DNA of 64,000 nt from Negaprion brevirostris (lineage: Eukaryota): assembly GCA_030324005.1 (NCBI GenBank), contig JARDVH010000121.1, forward strand, positions 31,112,595 to 31,176,594, read 5' to 3'. Below are positions 26,521 to 40,767 of this stretch, in pieces. The first letter of the stretch is position 1; every line of letters begins with the position of its first letter. A model generated the notes under the pieces. That model had not been told where the DNA came from. It saw nothing but the letters and a program-made list of their open reading frames with translations, and did not search any database. Made by a program: the position numbers and the translations under genes.

Positions 26521-27676
26521 CTGTGTAAATGTAAAATGAAACAATAGGTTAAAACTGGATGAATTCCAGTTCTCATTTGGCCATTACATGTGCTTCAATG
26601 ATACAAATTAATCCAACTATCAAAAACCTAAGGCAATTGACCAAAATCTAACCGCTTTTTGAACTTTCTCTCAACCTCCCTCCCAAATCTACCCAAGAGA
26701 GATAAATATGCCAGAAATTCACAAATAAGCAAAAAAAATTTTGTCTAGATAACAATAGTCACTGCAGTTCAAAATTATTTTATGCATGGACCATGTCAGA
26801 GACACGTGATAAAGGTGTTATACAATTGCAAGCTTTTTTGGTACATTACAAGCAAGGTTAATTTTTCAATTAGTACTCTAGGAAAATAATTAAATACAGC
26901 TTGGTGGCAGCAATCACCCAAACTTTGTAGGAAATCTAGGCTAACGTTTCAGTGCAAAACAGAGGGTGATGTTATATGAATGATATGCTAAACCTCTGGT
27001 GAATACAAAGCTTCCAGTAAGCAAAAAAAAAAAAAATGGTCCTTGTCTTAGCCAATATTTATTCCTCAACCAACAGGTAATTTATCTCATTAACATTTGC
27101 TGTACACAAGCTCGCTACCACAGTGACTATAATTCAAAATATAATTGACATGTTCTTGGGACCTTGATGTGACAAGATACTAAATAGACTCAAGCTCAAT
27201 TTTCCGTTCTGTCCAACCCCAGACACTACCATCGATCCCAGTGCATGAAAGCCAAAATTATTTAATTCAGAGTGCAAGCACAAGATCTAATTCTATGTTA
27301 TAACATACTAATGGCTACAAGGATTATTAGACACTTCAATGAGTTTAGGTTGACCTAAATATAGCTAACTGGGCACAGTATCCTGCCAGGTTCTACAAAT
27401 AATATCCCAGTATAAACAAAGAATGAAGAAACCAAACTCTAGACCCAGGACTGTTTGCCCAGCTTGGAGAGCAAAGGGATCTGGAGTTTGAGCCAAATAC
27501 TCAAAAAAGAGCTATTAGTCATGTCAGCACTGGTAGCCTGATGCAGCCTCAAAAAACTACTGATCACAAAGGTCCAATTCTGTCCTCAACCGAGTACCAC
27601 CCATATTTATTTTCAGTAGAGTTAACTCACCAATTCTGGCATCCCAAATGCACTTACTTAACCAACAGTGAACTCG

Positions 27677-27958
27677 CCCCCAAGTTTATCTTAGTGTCAC
27701 AAGTGGATTTACATTAACACTGCAATGAGTTACTGTGAAAATCCTTTAGTCGGTGCCTGTTCGGGTACATTAAGGGAGAATTTAGCATAGCCAATGCACC
27801 TAATCAGCATGTTTTTGGACTATGAAAACGAACCACAGCACTTGAGGAAACCCACAGAGACAGGGGGAAAACATACAGACTCCACACAGATAGTGACCCA
27901 AACCAGGAATTGAACCAGGGTCCCTGGCGCTGTTAAGCAGCAATGCTAACCACTGCCA
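27677..27958 (-). mobile_element. V-SINE
   Basis: Reverse complement of the 1245-1502 family (aagtttatcttagtgtcacaag..gaattgaaccagggtccctggcgctg..gctaaccactgcc). Confidence 0.8.
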
Positions 27959-28242
27959 TTTTCTACTTTGCCGTACTTGTCTTCATTAAAACATTTGCAT
28001 TTTCCATTATGCCACGATGCATGAAAAATATGCATTTTGGTGTGGCAGGGCCTTGTTCTTTCTACAAAGTGATCAAGGAAAAATAAAATCAAAGCCAATT
28101 GGAGACTGAACAGAGAAATGCCCTTTTCTTAAAGTCTCTGCTGGTGATAGTCAGAATATCAGTATTGCTAAATTTCTTCCATATTAAAAAGGGATACAGC
28201 TCCTTCAGAAGTTAAATTTGATTAATTTTTAGGCAGTGAAAA

Positions 28243-29445
28243 TATAATACCCCACCCACTGTGAAGCATAGCTCATGATTTTATTTTCTCTTTTTGACTA
28301 AAGGCTGATCGATCGATTATTTCTTTTTAATCAGTGGGGTGGCAGGAGAGGTCTCGAGTAAAGTGATCCGAGTCAAAGTGGAATTAGGGGTTCTTTGTCC
28401 TTCCAGTTGGTAAGGAGATGGAAAGGGAACACAAGGCATTCAACAATACCTCACTATTCTTGCNNNNNNNNNNNNNNNNNNNNNNNNNNNNNNNNNNNNN
28501 NNNNNNNNNNNNNNNGCAGGACTTCATTACACTATTTACACAAACGCTGAGGACCTATTATAGGACAGGGGGCAATTTAAAGGCTCATCTTCTGGAACAC
28601 TGCCATTGGATGACTGAATTTGACTTCAGTATATTCTTAATGAAATGTCTTAAGATGTGATTCTATATTTGTTTGGTTACATGGGCACTAACAGTGGCTA
28701 TTGAGACTTGATTCCCCTGGGGATATAGTATCTTGTTGGCTGTGGGGCCTGAGTGAGAGTCCAAGTGGTTCAACACCGGCATCTTTCTTTGGTTGGAGAT
28801 CACTCTCCCCCAACTGGTGTTATATAGGGACTTCCAGACTGTCCTCCTTCTTGAAACTGGGAAGAGGTTTCAAATGAGGATATAACGGTTCTGGATACTC
28901 TTGTAAAATGTACATCGCTAGACCATATCTGATGTCTTAGCTAATCATGGTATTCCTCTCCGAGTTTCCTTTCTTTATCTCGGTAGGTGAGATGCTCATA
29001 CAGGCTCTGATTTGTTATACTAACTCGAGGGTTTCACGCATCACGTTGGGAGGAGAATTGTATCTCAGCGAGACCCCATCGATGGGGGACTTGGTTTTTC
29101 TGCCCCTTGTCGGTAGGGTTTCTTTGGTGGAAAATGGTTTGTGTTTGTGTTTGTGTTTGCAGGTGATAGTGGGGTCAAGAATCCTTGGCTTACTGGCTCC
29201 TGTATACAAGACTGCACCTTAAAACCACCTCTTGTACCAGTGACAGTATCCTGACGTTACTCTTTATCTGAGCTATCCTTTCATTGCTTGGGAAGTCCTG
29301 GGATGCTAAGTTAGGTCCCAATTGGTTGTACTTTAATCCTGTATATTGTGTAACTGTTATCCTGTGGAGGAGGGCATGCATCATGGGCCACGTGCTCATG
29401 GCTTTATCCTGTTGTCCTGAGAGCTCCCACTCTTTCTGCTATCCT
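28243..29445. mobile_element. Unclassified CpG-retaining insertion with an LTR-like left end
   Basis: TATAAT..ATTACA termini at 28243 and 28531, and a higher CpG content than the flanks. No recognisable protein. Confidence 0.35.
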
Positions 29446-29446
29446 T

Positions 29447-30472
29447 TCATGATGAGACAGTACAGTAGAGAAAGAATCTGGTGAATTGGCACGACAACAA
29501 TAATCTCTCCCTCAATGACAGTAAAATGGAGATAGTCATTGACTTCAGGAAGTGTAATGGAGAACACGCCCCTTTCTACATCAAGGGTAATGAAATGGTT
29601 GAGCTTTAAGTTTCTAAATGCCCACCAACCTGTTCTGGTCTCTCCAGACACTATAGTTCAGACAGTCCACCACTGCCTCTACTTTCTAAGGAAGCCAAGG
29701 AAATTCATGATGTTCGCTATGACTCACTAATGTTTATAGATACACCATTGAAACCCTCCTTTCCAGAGGTATCACACTTTGGGATGGCTCCTGTTCTGAC
29801 CAAGACCCCAAGAAACTTGTGAACATAGCCTAGTCCATCACACATACCAGCCTCCCATCCACTGATTCCATCTAGACTTCCCACCGTCTCAAAAGCAGCC
29901 AGCATAATCAAGAACACCAAGACCCTTGACACACAACTTCAGAATCCCTACAGTGCAGAAAGAGGCCATTCAGCCTGCACCAACAATTCCACTTAGGCCC
30001 TATTTCTGTAACCCCATATATTTACCCTGTTAATCCCATGACACTAGGGTCAATTAACATGGCCAAATCAACCTAACTTGCCCATCTTTGGATGGTGGGA
30101 GGAAACTGGAGCACCCAGAAGCTGTCGTGCAAACAGAGAAAAACGTGCAAAATCCACACAGTGACTTGAGGCCAGAATTGAACCTGGATCCCTGGCGCTG
30201 AGGCAGCAGTGCTAACCACTCTGCTGCTCCTGTACCACTTTCTTCAGTCAGGGAAAAAAAAAGTACAAAAAAGAGGGAGTCTTGCTGCCAGACTTTTGAA
30301 CAGACTTACCATATTAAGCTGATCTTTTGCTACACTCTAGCAATGGCCGTAACACTATTCTGCACCCTCGCCCTTCCTTCTCCCCATGCACTCTATGAAT
30401 GGTATGTTTTGTCTGTATAGCTCACAAGCAGCAATACTTTTCACTGTATCCAATACATGATAATAAATCAAA
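29447..30472 (+). mobile_element. Rex1/Babar-type LINE 3' portion
   Basis: Degenerate NLVNWHDNNNLSLN..EIVIDFRK, SFKFL, LYFLRK and FYRYTIE motifs, with 3' tail aataaatcaaa. Confidence 0.7.
29940..30228 (-). mobile_element. HE1-like V-SINE nested in the Rex1/Babar LINE
   Basis: agaatccctacagtgcagaaagaggccattc..ggaggaaactggagcacccagaa..gaattgaacctggatccctggcgctg..gctaaccact. Confidence 0.8.
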
Positions 30473-32932
30473 CTGTCCATACAAAAAAAATGTAGACTAG
30501 AAGAATGATCGACAATCTATTTGTATAAATATTTGTATACATGTGGAATAATGATGATGATCACTCTGTACCACTGTAGATTTTGGGGATTTGTTGTGTC
30601 TTGAGGCAAAATGAGAAATGAAAAACACCTCAGTAAAAATGCTCAAAAGGTGCAGCATTTGTTCCATAAAATTTTCCCTGCATAACACTGAATGAGCAAA
30701 TTGTTCCAGAGAGATAGCTTGCTTAAGAAACTACCCAACAAACCCCCTAAATTCAGCAACTTTTCCAGACCACAGAACTCTGGCTGATCCTTGTTCCACT
30801 GCCAGATACAAGAAACACATCTTAAATTACACAAAACTTTTCAACCATGTCCTCTAAAGCTGGTATTTATAGATAATGAACAAACAGCAAAGCCACATCA
30901 ACCAATGCTATTGTTTGAGTTTTATCCTGAAAATCTTCCACTTCTAGAAGGTGGGAACAGTTGCTGAGCAACAATAATCAGTTTTTCATTGTGTCTGACA
31001 CCATCTCTGTGCCCTGCATGTGTCCCAAGTAACATAATGACCAGAAAAACAGCAGGAGAAATGATCCTGTTAAAAATTCAGGATAAGATGTCATTAGCAT
31101 TTCTGATATGCCAGGGCCCTCTCTGGCTACTACGAGCCTCGGCATGACTACTTGTCAGCTTTCATTGTCATCAGTGCTGGCAGCCCACAAAAAGTGCAAG
31201 ACTGCAAGTATGAATAAATTGCATTAAATTAAAAGCCACAAGCTTGATGTGTTTCTCCAGTAGCATCACACTTGTCAGGCATGATTCTTTAAGCAGCTGG
31301 TTTTATTTTTCAGACATCAACCAGCAAGTCAGCCAAGATGGAAAGGCATCACCTTGATAGGGACAAGTGATGCAAAAAAAAACAAGAAATGAGTGGCACC
31401 AGAACTTTGTCTCCTCTGGCAAAAAAAATCAGTGTGATGAATAAGCAGTGATTGGAAACATCATGGGCTAATCAAGTTTGCTGAGTGTAATGCATTTCCC
31501 ATGTCACTCCTGATCTTCCATCCAACACACTCGTCTGCCCCAGAGAATGCTGTCACAGACCAAGACCTGTTCTGTAATTCAAAGTGCTCGAAGATACTTT
31601 GGGCTTGAAGATATTTAGTGTTTCCTACTGCCTACATCAAGCGTAAAGTGAAAACTGGATCAGTGACACCTTCTCATTCAAAACCCATTTCCACTGGAAA
31701 AGGAGCTAAAGATTTAGCAGAGCAATTATGCCTGCAGTTTACGTGCTAACAGCTTTCAATCCTGCCACACTAAACATCCCAGCATTAATTTAATCTGAAT
31801 CTTCATTTAACCCATCGCATCTGCACATCAATAATTGACTTCAAACACAATTAAAAATCAGCAGTTTGTAGACAAGATCAGAGGAAACCCATAATGAGGT
31901 TACTCGTCCAAAGCAGATGGTGTTGTCAGAAGTTCAGCCCATGTAAACATTCCTTCACTGTGTACATGTTCTGTCTGTTCAAACAAACCTTACCAGTGAT
32001 ATTTTAAAGATTCTATCAAAAGAAGCCCAAATTGAAGAGGTTGGTCTATAGCAGGTGATTGAAGCACTCGTTTAAAGTCAAGTTAGTTGGCCAGAAGCAT
32101 AAATAGTAATTTTTCAGTAATTGTGTTTTTGAGAGGGTTGGCACGCTTCAAATGTGCGCGGTTGTGTTTGTGCACGAGATAGTGCATGCGTTTTCAAATA
32201 AAAACCTGACGCAAGTGAAAGAATAGCTAGTGCAGAGGGTTGGTGACATTACAAAGTATAAAATTATTGATCTGCTAAACATCTAAACTTAAAAAATAAT
32301 TTCAAGATTGCAGACCTTTGGATGGGGAAGGCTTAAAATGAACATTTGGACCCAGTAAAATATGGGTGTTCTTTTTGTCCCCACTTCCCTTATGCTCTGA
32401 CATCTCTGGGGACGTGACTGTCACTCATTTGGTTCATGTGACCCAACCATGTGAACTGAAGAGAGGATGGTTACATCCCCAAAGACATGCTCTATGGTTT
32501 ATTTGCTACTGGCATAAGACCAACAGCTTGGCCACATTTGATACAAGGATGTCTGCAAACAAGACCTCTCAAGTTGATCAGGATTGAAATTGATGCATAG
32601 GAAATCCTTGCTGCTGAGACAAGCAGTCAAAGTGCACAGAAAAAGCACAGGACAAAATAAATAACCAGATGGCAAAGAGCTTATCAGCTGACCTTGGGGC
32701 AACACAAGGGACTGCCATTCACATTCAGATGCTGTCCTACCCAGAAGTGACATGCACATCTTGAGTGCAGTCCATTGCCTCCCAAGATGGAGGGACACTA
32801 TCCCGTGAGCCTTTCCCTATATGGAGCACTATTTCAAAAGTGTAAAGCCTCAAGCTACAAGATATGTAATAATTTATAACACTGATCAAACTGTAAAAAT
32901 GCATTTAGACAAGTTTTTAAAAGCACACCTAC

Positions 32933-34784
<1,852 letters not shown>

Positions 34785-35079
34785 TTAAACATAGCACTTC
34801 AATGGTTAGAATGTACTCATTAACTTACATCCAGATACAGACTTTGTTAAAAAATGTCACAAATTACATTAGCAATTTAAAATCATATCTCTAATTAGTT
34901 TAAACACCATTTCAGTCTTGCACACTTTGTCCCTTTGCGAAGGACAGAAATGTTAAAACATCACATGAACCAGAAACTCTCAAAGAAAACTTCACTACTA
35001 AAATAGTTTGCTGTGGTGGTTCAGAGAATGGATTGACAGTGAGGCAAGAGGGTGAAGAATAGACTAAGCTCTTCTTCTC

Positions 35080-35650
35080 CAAGGAGATACAAGCTCAGCT
35101 TCTCATCAATCCACATCTCCCTAAAACTATTCCTATAGATCTTTCCTGCATCCTCTCAAAGCCTTCATATCTGGTGCTATTCCCATTTGAGATCAAATTA
35201 GTATTTTATTAAAGGTTATCAGAACCTCCTTGCTTTTGTATTTGATGCCTTGTGAAAATGGTTTAAAAGGCGTATTTCTCAACAAGCCTTCCACTTTCAA
35301 CAATTTGCACATGCATACCCAGGTATCTGTTGCTGTACTTCTTCCAAATTGGGTCTACTTTTAGTCACTGCCTCTCCTCATCCTTCCTACCACTGGACAG
35401 GTCATTGCACTACATTTCATCGTGACTGCCCATTCCAATTGCCCGTCTATTTGTTCATGAAGTTTACTGCTATCCCCCTCAGTTCACAACATATACATTT
35501 TATGCCACCTGCCAATTTTAACATCTACTCTAGTACATACATACGTAGCAATGGCCCTAGTGCTGATCCTCTGGGGAACCCCACTATATACCTTCCTCCT
35601 GTGTCATACAAGCATTCATGATTTACCATCATTCAAATTTCATGTTGATG
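35080..35650 (-). mobile_element. Old CR1 RT fragment
   Basis: aatggccctagtgctgatcctctggggaaccccact encodes a SGVPQ.SALGP motif on the minus strand. Confidence 0.5.
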
Positions 35651-35990
35651 CAACCACTTTAATTATATCAACTTCAAGTGTTTGCTTTTCAGATTTTCTT
35701 TTTCACTTACCCTCTGCTGAATATTTTGCTTAGTACTCACTTATATAATCAGCTAGACATCTATTAGATGCCATCTTCAAGTTAATGAACAGGTAAAGCA
35801 AAATGAACAAAGCCTGAGATAAACACCAAGATAAGGCAAAATACTACCAACTCTGAAAGGATCACCTAGACTTGAAACATTGGACTCTACTCTCTCTTGA
35901 CGTGGAGATGCTGGTGTTGGACTGGGGTAAACACAGTAAGAAGTCTCAACATCAGGTTTAAGTCCAACAGGTTTATTTGGTGGCACACGC

Positions 35991-36025
35991 CACTAACTTT
36001 CAAAGCGCTGCCCCTTCATCAGGTG
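35991..36025 (-). ncRNA. Minimal type I hammerhead ribozyme motif (Penelope-associated), core intact
   Basis: Minus strand reads CAC CUGAUGA A GGGGC AGC GCUUU GAA AGUU A GUG: stem I CAC/GUG, core CUGAUGA..GAAA, stem II with GU pairs and a near-palindromic stem III. Confidence 0.65.
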
Positions 36026-36407
36026 AGGGAGGGTTCTGTTCACAAACAGGGCATATAAAGACAAAATCAATTCACAAAATAATGGCTGGAATGCAAGTCT
36101 TTACAGGTAATCAAGTCTTAAAAAAAGGTACAGACAATGAGTGGAGAGAGCATTAAGCACAGGTTAAAGAGATGTGTATTGTTTCCAGACAGGACAATTA
36201 ATGAGATTCTGAAAGCCCAGGCAAGTTGTGGGAGTTACAGATACTGTGACATGAACTCTAGATCCTGGTCCGGGATCTTTAACCTGTGCTTAACCTTCTC
36301 TCCACTCACATTATCTGTACCTTTAAGACTTGATTACCGGTAAAGACTTGCATTCTTTTGTAAATTGACTGTCTTTATATGCTCTGTTTGTGAACTGAAA
36401 TCCCACT

Positions 36408-36441
36408 CACCTGATGAAGGAGCAACGCTCCAGAAGCTAGT
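36408..36441 (+). ncRNA. Hammerhead motif with mutated GAAA box
   Basis: CAC CUGAUGA A GGAGC AAC GCUCC AGA AGCU A GU. Confidence 0.5.
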
Positions 36442-37579
36442 AAACCTGTTGGACTTCAACCTGGTGTTGAGACTTCTTACTTTATTCTCTCTCCACAGAT
36501 AGTTAAACTTGCTGAGATTTTCCAGCATTTTGTATCAGGTTCCAGCATCTGCAGTACAGAAATGTACTTAGACTATAACTAACTAAAAGCAGCTTATTGT
36601 TACCGTGGTGCTCTGATGACCAATCTTTTGATTTCAATTTGTCTGGGATAAGTCTATTCTCACCCTACCGAATATAGCCTTGGCTGTTGTCCCTGATTAA
36701 CCAAATTACGATCACTGATAGCTAGATATTCCCCGACTGACATTTGATCCACCTCATTCCCCAGAACTGCATCCAGAAGTGTCTCCTCCCTCACTGGGCC
36801 AGCAACCAGTCAAGAAAATTCTAAATACACTTGTCCCTTGCGTTATTTCCTATTCTATGTTACAGTAATAGAGGTCTTTCTTATATTGACACCTTCAATA
36901 TTTTAGCTAGCAGACTAAGAAAAACTTTGGCGATATATATACACCATCACGCTATTTTATTTTACAGTAGCCAGAGTTACTGCTACCTACTTCAGAACTC
37001 CAGAGTAGTAAGCCCATTATGAAGATAGGAGATTAAAGTTAAATGGACAAGTTTTCCTCTCTAGTCCATGATATCTTCTCAGATGGAATTGGCTGAGTCT
37101 GACACTAGCCTCCTCCCTCCTTCAGAGGAAATCTGACCCCTGCTCATTAAGGAATGTGTCAACCAACTAAACTTACTACCATATTCCCCAAGTGCATACT
37201 CAGACACATCATGAATAGAATTAGCCCACTTATACTTACTAACATGTTTGTATGGCCGCCCAGACTAGATAATGATTTGTTTAATATTGCTGTTCATTGT
37301 GTTAGCCTCCACAATGCTTGGTTCATTAACATTTTAAAACCTTCAATCAGTAGTTATTTTAAAATCTATGGAAATTCAGTGTTTTAATAAAACCTAGCAC
37401 TGAAGCTTCCCAGACCCTAGTGGAAACAGAAAATGAAAGATTTCAAAATGTGACGTCAGGGGCAATGCTGTAACTCACTAATTAAAGACTGGTTATCCAA
37501 TAATCATGGTGAGGGGGAAAGAAACAAGTAGATGGGGGAAATAAGTGGAGGAGGAAAACAAAAAATCAGGTTACGAGTA

Positions 37580-38230
37580 GAATGGGCAGCCAGTCTATGA
37601 TCAAAAATTAATGAGTCTTTTGATTATTTTCAGAAAGATTTAAGTAGATAGGCTGATGGATTTTCATCTGGATAATAGTAATGAATTACTAGATCAAATA
37701 GTAAGTGCACACAAAGATGGAGGGATTTGATTTTGCCATTCTACTGGTAGAGGCCAAACAAAGGATTTGGGAGTAATATATAACGCACTAGTCAGCGGAA
37801 AACAAACTGGGCATTGGATGAAGGGTATTGAAATGGCATAATCATGGAATATGCTATGTAGTTCTGGTCACCACAGTTAAAAGAAAACATATGTCAAGAA
37901 CTCAAAACAGCTCAGCATTATTCAGGCCTTAGGGACTGAAGTCAGCAGAAAAAGCTTATATACACAGCAAAATAAAAGACATGCAAATGACTTTAAAATA
38001 CAGAACTGAGGGGGAACTGAGGAAAAAAAAGACAGGAGTACAAGATTCACAAAGTTTTGAACAAGGTCAAGTAAGTTTCCTTCAATAGGACAGCACGTGC
38101 GAGGCAGAGTTCCAGAAAAGTAGGATCAACTGATATTTAGATAGTTATTTGTCTCCCTTTATTGAGAAGATATATTAAAGGATTTTAGCACAGCCACAGG
38201 CAAACTGTAAATGAAAAATAGGATTAGAAT
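37580..38230 (+). mobile_element. Old CR1 fragment
   Basis: tggaatatgctatgtagttctggtcacca resembles EY..QFWSP, and aaggatttgggagta encodes KDLGV. Confidence 0.4.
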
Positions 38231-38549
38231 TGCAAAATAATCAAAATCAGAATTCATTAATTAGACCCCAAGCAATTGCTGAGCACGGCAGTAAACTAAT
38301 TTCATAGGTCAACCCATTAGCATCCAGCATTTTTCAGAACTTCCCTTCTATGAAAGATAGAATAAGGCTGGGAAAGAACGCTGTTCCTTAAATTTGGGCA
38401 CATTCTTACTGGCAAGGGGAGATAAACATGATAGAACAATAAATGGACTCTGGGTCATGAAGCAAAATCCATCCGAAGGCCCATTTCCACTCAAAATAAC
38501 ATACTGGTGTTCTTTGTGGTCCCAATCCACAAAGTTCAACCTGTTTTTA

Positions 38550-38798
<249 letters not shown>

Positions 38799-40750
38799 TT
38801 AAACTATTTTCATCTGACGATTTTCTTTCTGAAAACGTTGCACTAATCCAAAAGGGCAAACTTTTACTAATTATATGCAATGAAAACACTTCAAAATTAC
38901 ACATTTATTATTAACAGGGTGGCAGAAATCTTTTGAAAATGGGTTGCAAGAAAATTTGCATTTATATCCTTAATATTAGTAAGTATAATAATGCAAAAGT
39001 TTGCAAAGTATGAATACAGAGTATAAAAGCAATAGGTAACAACCAAATTCAGAGACAAGCTGTCAATTTAACTACTGACTACGAAGCCAGTTAACTATTC
39101 AAAAGATTTTTTTTTGTTACCTTTCCTTCCTCCACACCAAAGAAGTGGAACGCGCCCATTAACACTGATGTATTTGGAAATTTGAATGTTAACTTTAGGA
39201 ATACAGCATTGCCTCCACAAGATATATCAGTTACTTATCAACTATAATCAATGCTTGGATTACCAACTAATGTTCAAATACAGTTTGCCTGCCCAGACTA
39301 GTTGCATTCACCATGCTCATAATTCGCTTTGCATTAAATTGGCAAGTGAATGCAAAAATGCTCAAATGGAAATTTCAATGTAGGCACTGCCTAGGTCTAA
39401 GGCAGCATTGGAAAATCTCAAAGTGATAAAAGCAAAGCTCCCCTTCTACATACCACTAAGGGAATGTGACATAATGAACTTCAATAAAACAGTAGGAATG
39501 AGAGATGCACAGGGTGATCCCAGATTTAATCCTATGTAGATGTGCCAACATAGCCAATACAAGGTAGATGTAGTTTTTTTTAATCTTGATACTTGGAGAG
39601 CCAGAAGTGTTGCTGAAGAATGCTATCCAATGTTCATTAATGGAAAAATGTGAAACATGCATACACACATCAGCAAATACAGCAATAAAAGAGTCGAACC
39701 CTAGACCTGACATTTACCATTGTAAATTTCTGGGGCTCAAGGTTGTCCATTGTCACACTGGCAACTAGAGGGTGGGTAAACACCCATCTTTCAAAAATGA
39801 AAACAAACGCATTCAAAAATTTTCCATGTTAATTCCCATGATGCAGTTGCAGGCTGTGGCCACTGGATGGCCATGTGGTTAATTTAGAAGCAGCTTCCTC
39901 AACTTACTTCATCGTCATCATCAGGTATATTAACTGATCTTAAACACCATTGTATGCTATTTACTAACATGTTAAAATATAGAGAATGATTACTCAAAGC
40001 CTCAATCTTCAATAAAAGCCATACTAAACGGCATTTTGTCAGTAAATTAAACAAATATTAAACTTTCAAAAATAAAGTTATTGAACGTTTAGATAAAGGA
40101 ACAAAGTAATGGAATATGGTATGGACACCATCTTGGACCAATTCAAATGTGCACATGCACATAACTTCTCAGCTATTTGTAAGGTGAAAGCAAAAACTAT
40201 AGTTACATACTATATAGTTACATACTATATACTTAGTATAGTATATAACAATCCTAAGGTTAGTATACAAATGACAAGGACCCAATGAGGGTGAAGATTG
40301 ATCTGGATACTTAAAATCGATTTTTTTTTTCAAATTAGTGGGGAGCACCTGGATGTGGAGGGCATAAGTTTGCATAAGTAAGGCATGGGGAAGGTGAGTG
40401 GTGGAGAGGCTAAGATGAAGTTTCAAAGAACCAAGGAGGGCCTTAAAATAACTTAAAGTTTAATTTTACAGAGGATAACGTGATAAAAAAAGATGGAATA
40501 GTGTGATTTGTGTTAAATATGGTCATTTTCCTCCAATTTCCACCCCCCACGGTATATATAATTCTTCACAACCCTACATATGCTAATGTGAACTTCAGAT
40601 TAGCCTATTCACAATAGTACACAGTGATTAGTCATAACCAGACTTTTATTCAGTTGAAGGTCATTTTATCAAACTGCAATGTCACTTGCATTTCTAAGGC
40701 ATCAGTAATTTAGTAAAATGAAGAATGTTTTTACTGTAATAAAATAGCAG

Positions 40751-40767
40751 AGCACTAGATGGTGCAA
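40751..40767 (+). promoter_or_regulatory. Candidate CTCF site
   Basis: agcactagatggtgcaa resembles the CTCF core CCACYAGRKGGCRC. Motif match only. Confidence 0.35.

Larger units (their letters stand above)
35898..36482. mobile_element. Non-coding fold-back element made of two inverted Penelope 3' ends
   Basis: Left arm about 35900-36265 and right arm about 36275-36480 are reverse complements and match the termini of the 13.3-14.8 kb element. Imperfect flanking repeat tactctctct (35888-35897) / tattctctct (36483-36492). Confidence 0.85.

Noticed and set aside
32886-32932. Read-through C-terminus GRCAFKNLSKCIFTV* in the ORF track (also GRKI* at 46404-46417)
   Set aside because: It lies past a strong GT donor, and the conserved sequence continues in the next exon.
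40199-40231. Short tandem duplications (15-bp unit here; 11-bp unit at about 3393-3417; about 20-bp unit at 62641-62679)
   Set aside because: Ordinary slippage duplications with no sign of function.
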